A DNA stretch of 64,000 nucleotides from the NCBI GenBank assembly GCA_000004985.1, contig GG738869.1. One strand, written 5' to 3'. The DNA is from Naegleria gruberi (taxonomy: Eukaryota). The position numbers and the translations under genes were made by a program. Shown in pieces: positions 19,601 to 31,600 of the stretch; the stretch's first letter is position 1, and the number at the start of each line of letters is the position of its first letter. The notes below the pieces were generated by a model. It ran no database searches and was not told the DNA's origin. It was given only the letters and a program-made list of their open reading frames with translations.

Positions 19601-22600
19601 NNNNNNNNNNNNNNNNNNNNNNNNNNNNNNNNNNNNNNNNNNNNNNNNNNNNNNNNNNNNNNNNNNNNNNNNNNNNNNNNNNNNNNNNNNNNNNNNNNNN
19701 NNNNNNNNNNNNNNNNNNNNNNNNNNNNNNNNNNNNNNNNNNNNNNNNNNNNNNNNNNNNNNNNNNNNNNNNNNNNNNNNNNNNNNNNNNNNNNNNNNNN
19801 NNNNNNNNNNNNNNNNNNNNNNNNNNNNNNNNNNNNNNNNNNNNNNNNNNNNNNNNNNNNNNNNNNNNNNNNNNNNNNNNNNNNNNNNNNNNNNNNNNNN
19901 NNNNNNNNNNNNNNNNNNNNNNNNNNNNNNNNNNNNNNNNNNNNNNNNNNNNNNNNNNNNNNNNNNNNNNNNNNNNNNNNNNNNNNNNNNNNNNNNNNNN
20001 NNNNNNNNNNNNNNNNNNNNNNNNNNNNNNNNNNNNNNNNNNNNNNNNNNNNNNNNNNNNNNNNNNNNNNNNNNNNNNNNNNNNNNNNNNNNNNNNNNNN
20101 NNNNNNNNNNNNNNNNNNNNNNNNNNNNNNNNNNNNNNNNNNNNNNNNNNNNNNNNNNNNNNNNNNNNNNNNNNNNNNNNNNNNNNNNNNNNNNNNNNNN
20201 NNNNNNNNNNNNNNNNNNNNNNNNNNNNNNNNNNNNNNNNNNNNNNNNNNNNNNNNNNNNNNNNNNNNNNNNNNNNNNNNNNNNNNNNNNNNNNNNNNNN
20301 NNNNNNNNNNNNNNNNNNNNNNNNNNNNNNNNNNNNNNNNNNNNNNNNNNNNNNNNNNNNNNNNNNNNNNNNNNNNNNNNNNNNNNNNNNNNNNNNNNNN
20401 NNNNNNNNNNNNNNNNNNNNNNNNNNNNNNNNNNNNNNNNNNNNNNNNNNNNNNNNNNNNNNNNNNNNNNNNNNNNNNNNNNNNNNNNNNNNNNNNNNNN
20501 NNNNNNNNNNNNNNNNNNNNNNNNNNNNNNNNNNNNNNNNNNNNNNNNNNNNNNNNNNNNNNNNNNNNNNNNNNNNNNNNNNNNNNNNNNNNNNNNNNNN
20601 NNNNNNNNNNNNNNNNNNNNNNNNNNNNNNNNNNNNNNNNNNNNNNNNNNNNNNNNNNNNNNNNNNNNNNNNNNNNNNNNNNNNNNNNNNNNNNNNNNNN
20701 NNNNNNNNNNNNNNNNNNNNNNNNNNNNNNNNNNNNNNNNNNNNNNNNNNNNNNNNNNNNNNNNNNNNNNNNNNNNNNNNNNNNNNNNNNNNNNNNNNNN
20801 NNNNNNNNNNNNNNNNNNNNNNNNNNNNNNNNNNNNNNNNNNNNNNNNNNNNNNNNNNNNNNNNNNNNNNNNNNNNNNNNNNNNNNNNNNNNNNNNNNNN
20901 NNNNNNNNNNNNNNNNNNNNNNNNNNNNNNNNNNNNNNNNNNNNNNNNNNNNNNNNNNNNNNNNNNNNNNNNNNNNNNNNNNNNNNNNNNNNNNNNNNNN
21001 NNNNNNNNNNNNNNNNNNNNNNNNNNNNNNNNNNNNNNNNNNNNNNNNNNNNNNNNNNNNNNNNNNNNNNNNNNNNNNNNNNNNNNNNNNNNNNNNNNNN
21101 NNNNNNNNNNNNNNNNNNNNNNNNNNNNNNNNNNNNNNNNNNNNNNNNNNNNNNNNNNNNNNNNNNNNNNNNNNNNNNNNNNNNNNNNNNNNNNNNNNNN
21201 NNNNNNNNNNNNNNNNNNNNNNNNNNNNNNNNNNNNNNNNNNNNNNNNNNNNNNNNNNNNNNNNNNNNNNNNNNNNNNNNNNNNNNNNNNNNNNNNNNNN
21301 NNNNNNNNNNNNNNNNNNNNNNNNNNNNNNNNNNNNNNNNNNNNNNNNNNNNNNNNNNNNNNNNNNNNNNNNNNNNNNNNNNNNNNNNNNNNNNNNNNNN
21401 NNNNNNNNNNNNNNNNNNNNNNNNNNNNNNNNNNNNNNNNNNNNNNNNNNNNNNNNNNNNNNNNNNNNNNNNNNNNNNNNNNNNNNNNNNNNNNNNNNNN
21501 NNNNNNNNNNNNNNNNNNNNNNNNNNNNNNNNNNNNNNNNNNNNNNNNNNNNNNNNNNNNNNNNNNNNNNNNNNNNNNNNNNNNNNNNNNNNNNNNNNNN
21601 NNNNNNNNNNNNNNNNNNNNNNNNNNNNNNNNNNNNNNNNNNNNNNNNNNNNNNNNNNNNNNNNNNNNNNNNNNNNNNNNNNNNNNNNNNNNNNNNNNNN
21701 NNNNNNNNNNNNNNNNNNNNNNNNNNNNNNNNNNNNNNNNNNNNNNNNNNNNNNNNNNNNNNNNNNNNNNNNNNNNNNNNNNNNNNNNNNNNNNNNNNNN
21801 NNNNNNNNNNNNNNNNNNNNNNNNNNNNNNNNNNNNNNNNNNNNNNNNNNNNNNNNNNNNNNNNNNNNNNNNNNNNNNNNNNNNNNNNNNNNNNNNNNNN
21901 NNNNNNNNNNNNNNNNNNNNNNNNNNNNNNNNNNNNNNNNNNNNNNNNNNNNNNNNNNNNNNNNNNNNNNNNNNNNNNNNNNNNNNNNNNNNNNNNNNNN
22001 NNNNNNNNNNNNNNNNNNNNNNNNNNNNNNNNNNNNNNNNNNNNNNNNNNNNNNNNNNNNNNNNNNNNNNNNNNNNNNNNNNNNNNNNNNNNNNNNNNNN
22101 NNNNNNNNNNNNNNNNNNNNNNNNNNNNNNNNNNNNNNNNNNNNNNNNNNNNNNNNNNNNNNNNNNNNNNNNNNNNNNNNNNNNNNNNNNNNNNNNNNNN
22201 NNNNNNNNNNNNNNNNNNNNNNNNNNNNNNNNNNNNNNNNNNNNNNNNNNNNNNNNNNNNNNNNNNNNNNNNNNNNNNNNNNNNNNNNNNNNNNNNNNNN
22301 NNNNNNNNNNNNNNNNNNNNNNNNNNNNNNNNNNNNNNNNNNNNNNNNNNNNNNNNNNNNNNNNNNNNNNNNNNNNNNNNNNNNNNNNNNNNNNNNNNNN
22401 NNNNNNNNNNNNNNNNNNNNNNNNNNNNNNNNNNNNNNNNNNNNNNNNNNNNNNNNNNNNNNNNNNNNNNNNNNNNNNNNNNNNNNNNNNNNNNNNNNNN
22501 NNNNNNNNNNNNNNNNNNNNNNNNNNNNNNNNNNNNNNNNNNNNNNNNNNNNNNNNNNNNNNNNNNNNNNNNNNNNNNNNNNNNNNNNNNNNNNNNNNNN

Positions 22601-25600
22601 NNNNNNNNNNNNNNNNNNNNNNNNNNNNNNNNNNNNNNNNNNNNNNNNNNNNNNNNNNNNNNNNNNNNNNNNNNNNNNNNNNNNNNNNNNNNNNNNNNNN
22701 NNNNNNNNNNNNNNNNNNNNNNNNNNNNNNNNNNNNNNNNNNNNNNNNNNNNNNNNNNNNNNNNNNNNNNNNNNNNNNNNNNNNNNNNNNNNNNNNNNNN
22801 NNNNNNNNNNNNNNNNNNNNNNNNNNNNNNNNNNNNNNNNNNNNNNNNNNNNNNNNNNNNNNNNNNNNNNNNNNNNNNNNNNNNNNNNNNNNNNNNNNNN
22901 NNNNNNNNNNNNNNNNNNNNNNNNNNNNNNNNNNNNNNNNNNNNNNNNNNNNNNNNNNNNNNNNNNNNNNNNNNNNNNNNNNNNNNNNNNNNNNNNNNNN
23001 NNNNNNNNNNNNNNNNNNNNNNNNNNNNNNNNNNNNNNNNNNNNNNNNNNNNNNNNNNNNNNNNNNNNNNNNNNNNNNNNNNNNNNNNNNNNNNNNNNNN
23101 NNNNNNNNNNNNNNNNNNNNNNNNNNNNNNNNNNNNNNNNNNNNNNNNNNNNNNNNNNNNNNNNNNNNNNNNNNNNNNNNNNNNNNNNNNNNNNNNNNNN
23201 NNNNNNNNNNNNNNNNNNNNNNNNNNNNNNNNNNNNNNNNNNNNNNNNNNNNNNNNNNNNNNNNNNNNNNNNNNNNNNNNNNNNNNNNNNNNNNNNNNNN
23301 NNNNNNNNNNNNNNNNNNNNNNNNNNNNNNNNNNNNNNNNNNNNNNNNNNNNNNNNNNNNNNNNNNNNNNNNNNNNNNNNNNNNNNNNNNNNNNNNNNNN
23401 NNNNNNNNNNNNNNNNNNNNNNNNNNNNNNNNNNNNNNNNNNNNNNNNNNNNNNNNNNNNNNNNNNNNNNNNNNNNNNNNNNNNNNNNNNNNNNNNNNNN
23501 NNNNNNNNNNNNNNNNNNNNNNNNNNNNNNNNNNNNNNNNNNNNNNNNNNNNNNNNNNNNNNNNNNNNNNNNNNNNNNNNNNNNNNNNNNNNNNNNNNNN
23601 NNNNNNNNNNNNNNNNNNNNNNNNNNNNNNNNNNNNNNNNNNNNNNNNNNNNNNNNNNNNNNNNNNNNNNNNNNNNNNNNNNNNNNNNNNNNNNNNNNNN
23701 NNNNNNNNNNNNNNNNNNNNNNNNNNNNNNNNNNNNNNNNNNNNNNNNNNNNNNNNNNNNNNNNNNNNNNNNNNNNNNNNNNNNNNNNNNNNNNNNNNNN
23801 NNNNNNNNNNNNNNNNNNNNNNNNNNNNNNNNNNNNNNNNNNNNNNNNNNNNNNNNNNNNNNNNNNNNNNNNNNNNNNNNNNNNNNNNNNNNNNNNNNNN
23901 NNNNNNNNNNNNNNNNNNNNNNNNNNNNNNNNNNNNNNNNNNNNNNNNNNNNNNNNNNNNNNNNNNNNNNNNNNNNNNNNNNNNNNNNNNNNNNNNNNNN
24001 NNNNNNNNNNNNNNNNNNNNNNNNNNNNNNNNNNNNNNNNNNNNNNNNNNNNNNNNNNNNNNNNNNNNNNNNNNNNNNNNNNNNNNNNNNNNNNNNNNNN
24101 NNNNNNNNNNNNNNNNNNNNNNNNNNNNNNNNNNNNNNNNNNNNNNNNNNNNNNNNNNNNNNNNNNNNNNNNNNNNNNNNNNNNNNNNNNNNNNNNNNNN
24201 NNNNNNNNNNNNNNNNNNNNNNNNNNNNNNNNNNNNNNNNNNNNNNNNNNNNNNNNNNNNNNNNNNNNNNNNNNNNNNNNNNNNNNNNNNNNNNNNNNNN
24301 NNNNNNNNNNNNNNNNNNNNNNNNNNNNNNNNNNNNNNNNNNNNNNNNNNNNNNNNNNNNNNNNNNNNNNNNNNNNNNNNNNNNNNNNNNNNNNNNNNNN
24401 NNNNNNNNNNNNNNNNNNNNNNNNNNNNNNNNNNNNNNNNNNNNNNNNNNNNNNNNNNNNNNNNNNNNNNNNNNNNNNNNNNNNNNNNNNNNNNNNNNNN
24501 NNNNNNNNNNNNNNNNNNNNNNNNNNNNNNNNNNNNNNNNNNNNNNNNNNNNNNNNNNNNNNNNNNNNNNNNNNNNNNNNNNNNNNNNNNNNNNNNNNNN
24601 NNNNNNNNNNNNNNNNNNNNNNNNNNNNNNNNNNNNNNNNNNNNNNNNNNNNNNNNNNNNNNNNNNNNNNNNNNNNNNNNNNNNNNNNNNNNNNNNNNNN
24701 NNNNNNNNNNNNNNNNNNNNNNNNNNNNNNNNNNNNNNNNNNNNNNNNNNNNNNNNNNNNNNNNNNNNNNNNNNNNNNNNNNNNNNNNNNNNNNNNNNNN
24801 NNNNNNNNNNNNNNNNNNNNNNNNNNNNNNNNNNNNNNNNNNNNNNNNNNNNNNNNNNNNNNNNNNNNNNNNNNNNNNNNNNNNNNNNNNNNNNNNNNNN
24901 NNNNNNNNNNNNNNNNNNNNNNNNNNNNNNNNNNNNNNNNNNNNNNNNNNNNNNNNNNNNNNNNNNNNNNNNNNNNNNNNNNNNNNNNNNNNNNNNNNNN
25001 NNNNNNNNNNNNNNNNNNNNNNNNNNNNNNNNNNNNNNNNNNNNNNNNNNNNNNNNNNNNNNNNNNNNNNNNNNNNNNNNNNNNNNNNNNNNNNNNNNNN
25101 NNNNNNNNNNNNNNNNNNNNNNNNNNNNNNNNNNNNNNNNNNNNNNNNNNNNNNNNNNNNNNNNNNNNNNNNNNNNNNNNNNNNNNNNNNNNNNNNNNNN
25201 NNNNNNNNNNNNNNNNNNNNNNNNNNNNNNNNNNNNNNNNNNNNNNNNNNNNNNNNNNNNNNNNNNNNNNNNNNNNNNNNNNNNNNNNNNNNNNNNNNNN
25301 NNNNNNNNNNNNNNNNNNNNNNNNNNNNNNNNNNNNNNNNNNNNNNNNNNNNNNNNNNNNNNNNNNNNNNNNNNNNNNNNNNNNNNNNNNNNNNNNNNNN
25401 NNNNNNNNNNNNNNNNNNNNNNNNNNNNNNNNNNNNNNNNNNNNNNNNNNNNNNNNNNNNNNNNNNNNNNNNNNNNNNNNNNNNNNNNNNNNNNNNNNNN
25501 NNNNNNNNNNNNNNNNNNNNNNNNNNNNNNNNNNNNNNNNNNNNNNNNNNNNNNNNNNNNNNNNNNNNNNNNNNNNNNNNNNNNNNNNNNNNNNNNNNNN

Positions 25601-28600
25601 NNNNNNNNNNNNNNNNNNNNNNNNNNNNNNNNNNNNNNNNNNNNNNNNNNNNNNNNNNNNNNNNNNNNNNNNNNNNNNNNNNNNNNNNNNNNNNNNNNNN
25701 NNNNNNNNNNNNNNNNNNNNNNNNNNNNNNNNNNNNNNNNNNNNNNNNNNNNNNNNNNNNNNNNNNNNNNNNNNNNNNNNNNNNNNNNNNNNNNNNNNNN
25801 NNNNNNNNNNNNNNNNNNNNNNNNNNNNNNNNNNNNNNNNNNNNNNNNNNNNNNNNNNNNNNNNNNNNNNNNNNNNNNNNNNNNNNNNNNNNNNNNNNNN
25901 NNNNNNNNNNNNNNNNNNNNNNNNNNNNNNNNNNNNNNNNNNNNNNNNNNNNNNNNNNNNNNNNNNNNNNNNNNNNNNNNNNNNNNNNNNNNNNNNNNNN
26001 NNNNNNNNNNNNNNNNNNNNNNNNNNNNNNNNNNNNNNNNNNNNNNNNNNNNNNNNNNNNNNNNNNNNNNNNNNNNNNNNNNNNNNNNNNNNNNNNNNNN
26101 NNNNNNNNNNNNNNNNNNNNNNNNNNNNNNNNNNNNNNNNNNNNNNNNNNNNNNNNNNNNNNNNNNNNNNNNNNNNNNNNNNNNNNNNNNNNNNNNNNNN
26201 NNNNNNNNNNNNNNNNNNNNNNNNNNNNNNNNNNNNNNNNNNNNNNNNNNNNNNNNNNNNNNNNNNNNNNNNNNNNNNNNNNNNNNNNNNNNNNNNNNNN
26301 NNNNNNNNNNNNNNNNNNNNNNNNNNNNNNNNNNNNNNNNNNNNNNNNNNNNNNNNNNNNNNNNNNNNNNNNNNNNNNNNNNNNNNNNNNNNNNNNNNNN
26401 NNNNNNNNNNNNNNNNNNNNNNNNNNNNNNNNNNNNNNNNNNNNNNNNNNNNNNNNNNNNNNNNNNNNNNNNNNNNNNNNNNNNNNNNNNNNNNNNNNNN
26501 NNNNNNNNNNNNNNNNNNNNNNNNNNNNNNNNNNNNNNNNNNNNNNNNNNNNNNNNNNNNNNNNNNNNNNNNNNNNNNNNNNNNNNNNNNNNNNNNNNNN
26601 NNNNNNNNNNNNNNNNNNNNNNNNNNNNNNNNNNNNNNNNNNNNNNNNNNNNNNNNNNNNNNNNNNNNNNNNNNNNNNNNNNNNNNNNNNNNNNNNNNNN
26701 NNNNNNNNNNNNNNNNNNNNNNNNNNNNNNNNNNNNNNNNNNNNNNNNNNNNNNNNNNNNNNNNNNNNNNNNNNNNNNNNNNNNNNNNNNNNNNNNNNNN
26801 NNNNNNNNNNNNNNNNNNNNNNNNNNNNNNNNNNNNNNNNNNNNNNNNNNNNNNNNNNNNNNNNNNNNNNNNNNNNNNNNNNNNNNNNNNNNNNNNNNNN
26901 NNNNNNNNNNNNNNNNNNNNNNNNNNNNNNNNNNNNNNNNNNNNNNNNNNNNNNNNNNNNNNNNNNNNNNNNNNNNNNNNNNNNNNNNNNNNNNNNNNNN
27001 NNNNNNNNNNNNNNNNNNNNNNNNNNNNNNNNNNNNNNNNNNNNNNNNNNNNNNNNNNNNNNNNNNNNNNNNNNNNNNNNNNNNNNNNNNNNNNNNNNNN
27101 NNNNNNNNNNNNNNNNNNNNNNNNNNNNNNNNNNNNNNNNNNNNNNNNNNNNNNNNNNNNNNNNNNNNNNNNNNNNNNNNNNNNNNNNNNNNNNNNNNNN
27201 NNNNNNNNNNNNNNNNNNNNNNNNNNNNNNNNNNNNNNNNNNNNNNNNNNNNNNNNNNNNNNNNNNNNNNNNNNNNNNNNNNNNNNNNNNNNNNNNNNNN
27301 NNNNNNNNNNNNNNNNNNNNNNNNNNNNNNNNNNNNNNNNNNNNNNNNNNNNNNNNNNNNNNNNNNNNNNNNNNNNNNNNNNNNNNNNNNNNNNNNNNNN
27401 NNNNNNNNNNNNNNNNNNNNNNNNNNNNNNNNNNNNNNNNNNNNNNNNNNNNNNNNNNNNNNNNNNNNNNNNNNNNNNNNNNNNNNNNNNNNNNNNNNNN
27501 NNNNNNNNNNNNNNNNNNNNNNNNNNNNNNNNNNNNNNNNNNNNNNNNNNNNNNNNNNNNNNNNNNNNNNNNNNNNNNNNNNNNNNNNNNNNNNNNNNNN
27601 NNNNNNNNNNNNNNNNNNNNNNNNNNNNNNNNNNNNNNNNNNNNNNNNNNNNNNNNNNNNNNNNNNNNNNNNNNNNNNNNNNNNNNNNNNNNNNNNNNNN
27701 NNNNNNNNNNNNNNNNNNNNNNNNNNNNNNNNNNNNNNNNNNNNNNNNNNNNNNNNNNNNNNNNNNNNNNNNNNNNNNNNNNNNNNNNNNNNNNNNNNNN
27801 NNNNNNNNNNNNNNNNNNNNNNNNNNNNNNNNNNNNNNNNNNNNNNNNNNNNNNNNNNNNNNNNNNNNNNNNNNNNNNNNNNNNNNNNNNNNNNNNNNNN
27901 NNNNNNNNNNNNNNNNNNNNNNNNNNNNNNNNNNNNNNNNNNNNNNNNNNNNNNNNNNNNNNNNNNNNNNNNNNNNNNNNNNNNNNNNNNNNNNNNNNNN
28001 NNNNNNNNNNNNNNNNNNNNNNNNNNNNNNNNNNNNNNNNNNNNNNNNNNNNNNNNNNNNNNNNNNNNNNNNNNNNNNNNNNNNNNNNNNNNNNNNNNNN
28101 NNNNNNNNNNNNNNNNNNNNNNNNNNNNNNNNNNNNNNNNNNNNNNNNNNNNNNNNNNNNNNNNNNNNNNNNNNNNNNNNNNNNNNNNNNNNNNNNNNNN
28201 NNNNNNNNNNNNNNNNNNNNNNNNNNNNNNNNNNNNNNNNNNNNNNNNNNNNNNNNNNNNNNNNNNNNNNNNNNNNNNNNNNNNNNNNNNNNNNNNNNNN
28301 NNNNNNNNNNNNNNNNNNNNNNNNNNNNNNNNNNNNNNNNNNNNNNNNNNNNNNNNNNNNNNNNNNNNNNNNNNNNNNNNNNNNNNNNNNNNNNNNNNNN
28401 NNNNNNNNNNNNNNNNNNNNNNNNNNNNNNNNNNNNNNNNNNNNNNNNNNNNNNNNNNNNNNNNNNNNNNNNNNNNNNNNNNNNNNNNNNNNNNNNNNNN
28501 NNNNNNNNNNNNNNNNNNNNNNNNNNNNNNNNNNNNNNNNNNNNNNNNNNNNNNNNNNNNNNNNNNNNNNNNNNNNNNNNNNNNNNNNNNNNNNNNNNNN

Positions 28601-31600
28601 NNNNNNNNNNNNNNNNNNNNNNNNNNNNNNNNNNNNNNNNNNNNNNNNNNNNNNNNNNNNNNNNNNNNNNNNNNNNNNNNNNNNNNNNNNNNNNNNNNNN
28701 NNNNNNNNNNNNNNNNNNNNNNNNNNNNNNNNNNNNNNNNNNNNNNNNNNNNNNNNNNNNNNNNNNNNNNNNNNNNNNNNNNNNNNNNNNNNNNNNNNNN
28801 NNNNNNNNNNNNNNNNNNNNNNNNNNNNNNNNNNNNNNNNNNNNNNNNNNNNNNNNNNNNNNNNNNNNNNNNNNNNNNNNNNNNNNNNNNNNNNNNNNNN
28901 NNNNNNNNNNNNNNNNNNNNNNNNNNNNNNNNNNNNNNNNNNNNNNNNNNNNNNNNNNNNNNNNNNNNNNNNNNNNNNNNNNNNNNNNNNNNNNNNNNNN
29001 NNNNNNNNNNNNNNNNNNNNNNNNNNNNNNNNNNNNNNNNNNNNNNNNNNNNNNNNNNNNNNNNNNNNNNNNNNNNNNNNNNNNNNNNNNNNNNNNNNNN
29101 NNNNNNNNNNNNNNNNNNNNNNNNNNNNNNNNNNNNNNNNNNNNNNNNNNNNNNNNNNNNNNNNNNNNNNNNNNNNNNNNNNNNNNNNNNNNNNNNNNNN
29201 NNNNNNNNNNNNNNNNNNNNNNNNNNNNNNNNNNNNNNNNNNNNNNNNNNNNNNNNNNNNNNNNNNNNNNNNNNNNNNNNNNNNNNNNNNNNNNNNNNNN
29301 NNNNNNNNNNNNNNNNNNNNNNNNNNNNNNNNNNNNNNNNNNNNNNNNNNNNNNNNNNNNNNNNNNNNNNNNNNNNNNNNNNNNNNNNNNNNNNNNNNNN
29401 NNNNNNNNNNNNNNNNNNNNNNNNNNNNNNNNNNNNNNNNNNNNNNNNNNNNNNNNNNNNNNNNNNNNNNNNNNNNNNNNNNNNNNNNNNNNNNNNNNNN
29501 NNNNNNNNNNNNNNNNNNNNNNNNNNNNNNNNNNNNNNNNNNNNNNNNNNNNNNNNNNNNNNNNNNNNNNNNNNNNNNNNNNNNNNNNNNNNNNNNNNNN
29601 NNNNNNNNNNNNNNNNNNNNNNNNNNNNNNNNNNNNNNNNNNNNNNNNNNNNNNNNNNNNNNNNNNNNNNNNNNNNNNNNNNNNNNNNNNNNNNNNNNNN
29701 NNNNNNNNNNNNNNNNNNNNNNNNNNNNNNNNNNNNNNNNNNNNNNNNNNNNNNNNNNNNNNNNNNNNNNNNNNNNNNNNNNNNNNNNNNNNNNNNNNNN
29801 NNNNNNNNNNNNNNNNNNNNNNNNNNNNNNNNNNNNNNNNNNNNNNNNNNNNNNNNNNNNNNNNNNNNNNNNNNNNNNNNNNNNNNNNNNNNNNNNNNNN
29901 NNNNNNNNNNNNNNNNNNNNNNNNNNNNNNNNNNNNNNNNNNNNNNNNNNNNNNNNNNNNNNNNNNNNNNNNNNNNNNNNNNNNNNNNNNNNNNNNNNNN
30001 NNNNNNNNNNNNNNNNNNNNNNNNNNNNNNNNNNNNNNNNNNNNNNNNNNNNNNNNNNNNNNNNNNNNNNNNNNNNNNNNNNNNNNNNNNNNNNNNNNNN
30101 NNNNNNNNNNNNNNNNNNNNNNNNNNNNNNNNNNNNNNNNNNNNNNNNNNNNNNNNNNNNNNNNNNNNNNNNNNNNNNNNNNNNNNNNNNNNNNNNNNNN
30201 NNNNNNNNNNNNNNNNNNNNNNNNNNNNNNNNNNNNNNNNNNNNNNNNNNNNNNNNNNNNNNNNNNNNNNNNNNNNNNNNNNNNNNNNNNNNNNNNNNNN
30301 NNNNNNNNNNNNNNNNNNNNNNNNNNNNNNNNNNNNNNNNNNNNNNNNNNNNNNNNNNNNNNNNNNNNNNNNNNNNNNNNNNNNNNNNNNNNNNNNNNNN
30401 NNNNNNNNNNNNNNNNNNNNNNNNNNNNNNNNNNNNNNNNNNNNNNNNNNNNNNNNNNNNNNNNNNNNNNNNNNNNNNNNNNNNNNNNNNNNNNNNNNNN
30501 NNNNNNNNNNNNNNNNNNNNNNNNNNNNNNNNNNNNNNNNNNNNNNNNNNNNNNNNNNNNNNNNNNNNNNNNNNNNNNNNNNNNNNNNNNNNNNNNNNNN
30601 NNNNNNNNNNNNNNNNNNNNNNNNNNNNNNNNNNNNNNNNNNNNNNNNNNNNNNNNNNNNNNNNNNNNNNNNNNNNNNNNNNNNNNNNNNNNNNNNNNNN
30701 NNNNNNNNNNNNNNNNNNNNNNNNNNNNNNNNNNNNNNNNNNNNNNNNNNNNNNNNNNNNNNNNNNNNNNNNNNNNNNNNNNNNNNNNNNNNNNNNNNNN
30801 NNNNNNNNNNNNNNNNNNNNNNNNNNNNNNNNNNNNNNNNNNNNNNNNNNNNNNNNNNNNNNNNNNNNNNNNNNNNNNNNNNNNNNNNNNNNNNNNNNNN
30901 NNNNNNNNNNNNNNNNNNNNNNNNNNNNNNNNNNNNNNNNNNNNNNNNNNNNNNNNNNNNNNNNNNNNNNNNNNNNNNNNNNNNNNNNNNNNNNNNNNNN
31001 NNNNNNNNNNNNNNNNNNNNNNNNNNNNNNNNNNNNNNNNNNNNNNNNNNNNNNNNNNNNNNNNNNNNNNNNNNNNNNNNNNNNNNNNNNNNNNNNNNNN
31101 NNNNNNNNNNNNNNNNNNNNNNNNNNNNNNNNNNNNNNNNNNNNNNNNNNNNNNNNNNNNNNNNNNNNNNNNNNNNNNNNNNNNNNNNNNNNNNNNNNNN
31201 NNNNNNNNNNNNNNNNNNNNNNNNNNNNNNNNNNNNNNNNNNNNNNNNNNNNNNNNNNNNNNNNNNNNNNNNNNNNNNNNNNNNNNNNNNNNNNNNNNNN
31301 NNNNNNNNNNNNNNNNNNNNNNNNNNNNNNNNNNNNNNNNNNNNNNNNNNNNNNNNNNNNNNNNNNNNNNNNNNNNNNNNNNNNNNNNNNNNNNNNNNNN
31401 NNNNNNNNNNNNNNNNNNNNNNNNNNNNNNNNNNNNNNNNNNNNNNNNNNNNNNNNNNNNNNNNNNNNNNNNNNNNNNNNNNNNNNNNNNNNNNNNNNNN
31501 NNNNNNNNNNNNNNNNNNNNNNNNNNNNNNNNNNNNNNNNNNNNNNNNNNNNNNNNNNNNNNNNNNNNNNNNNNNNNNNNNNNNNNNNNNNNNNNNNNNN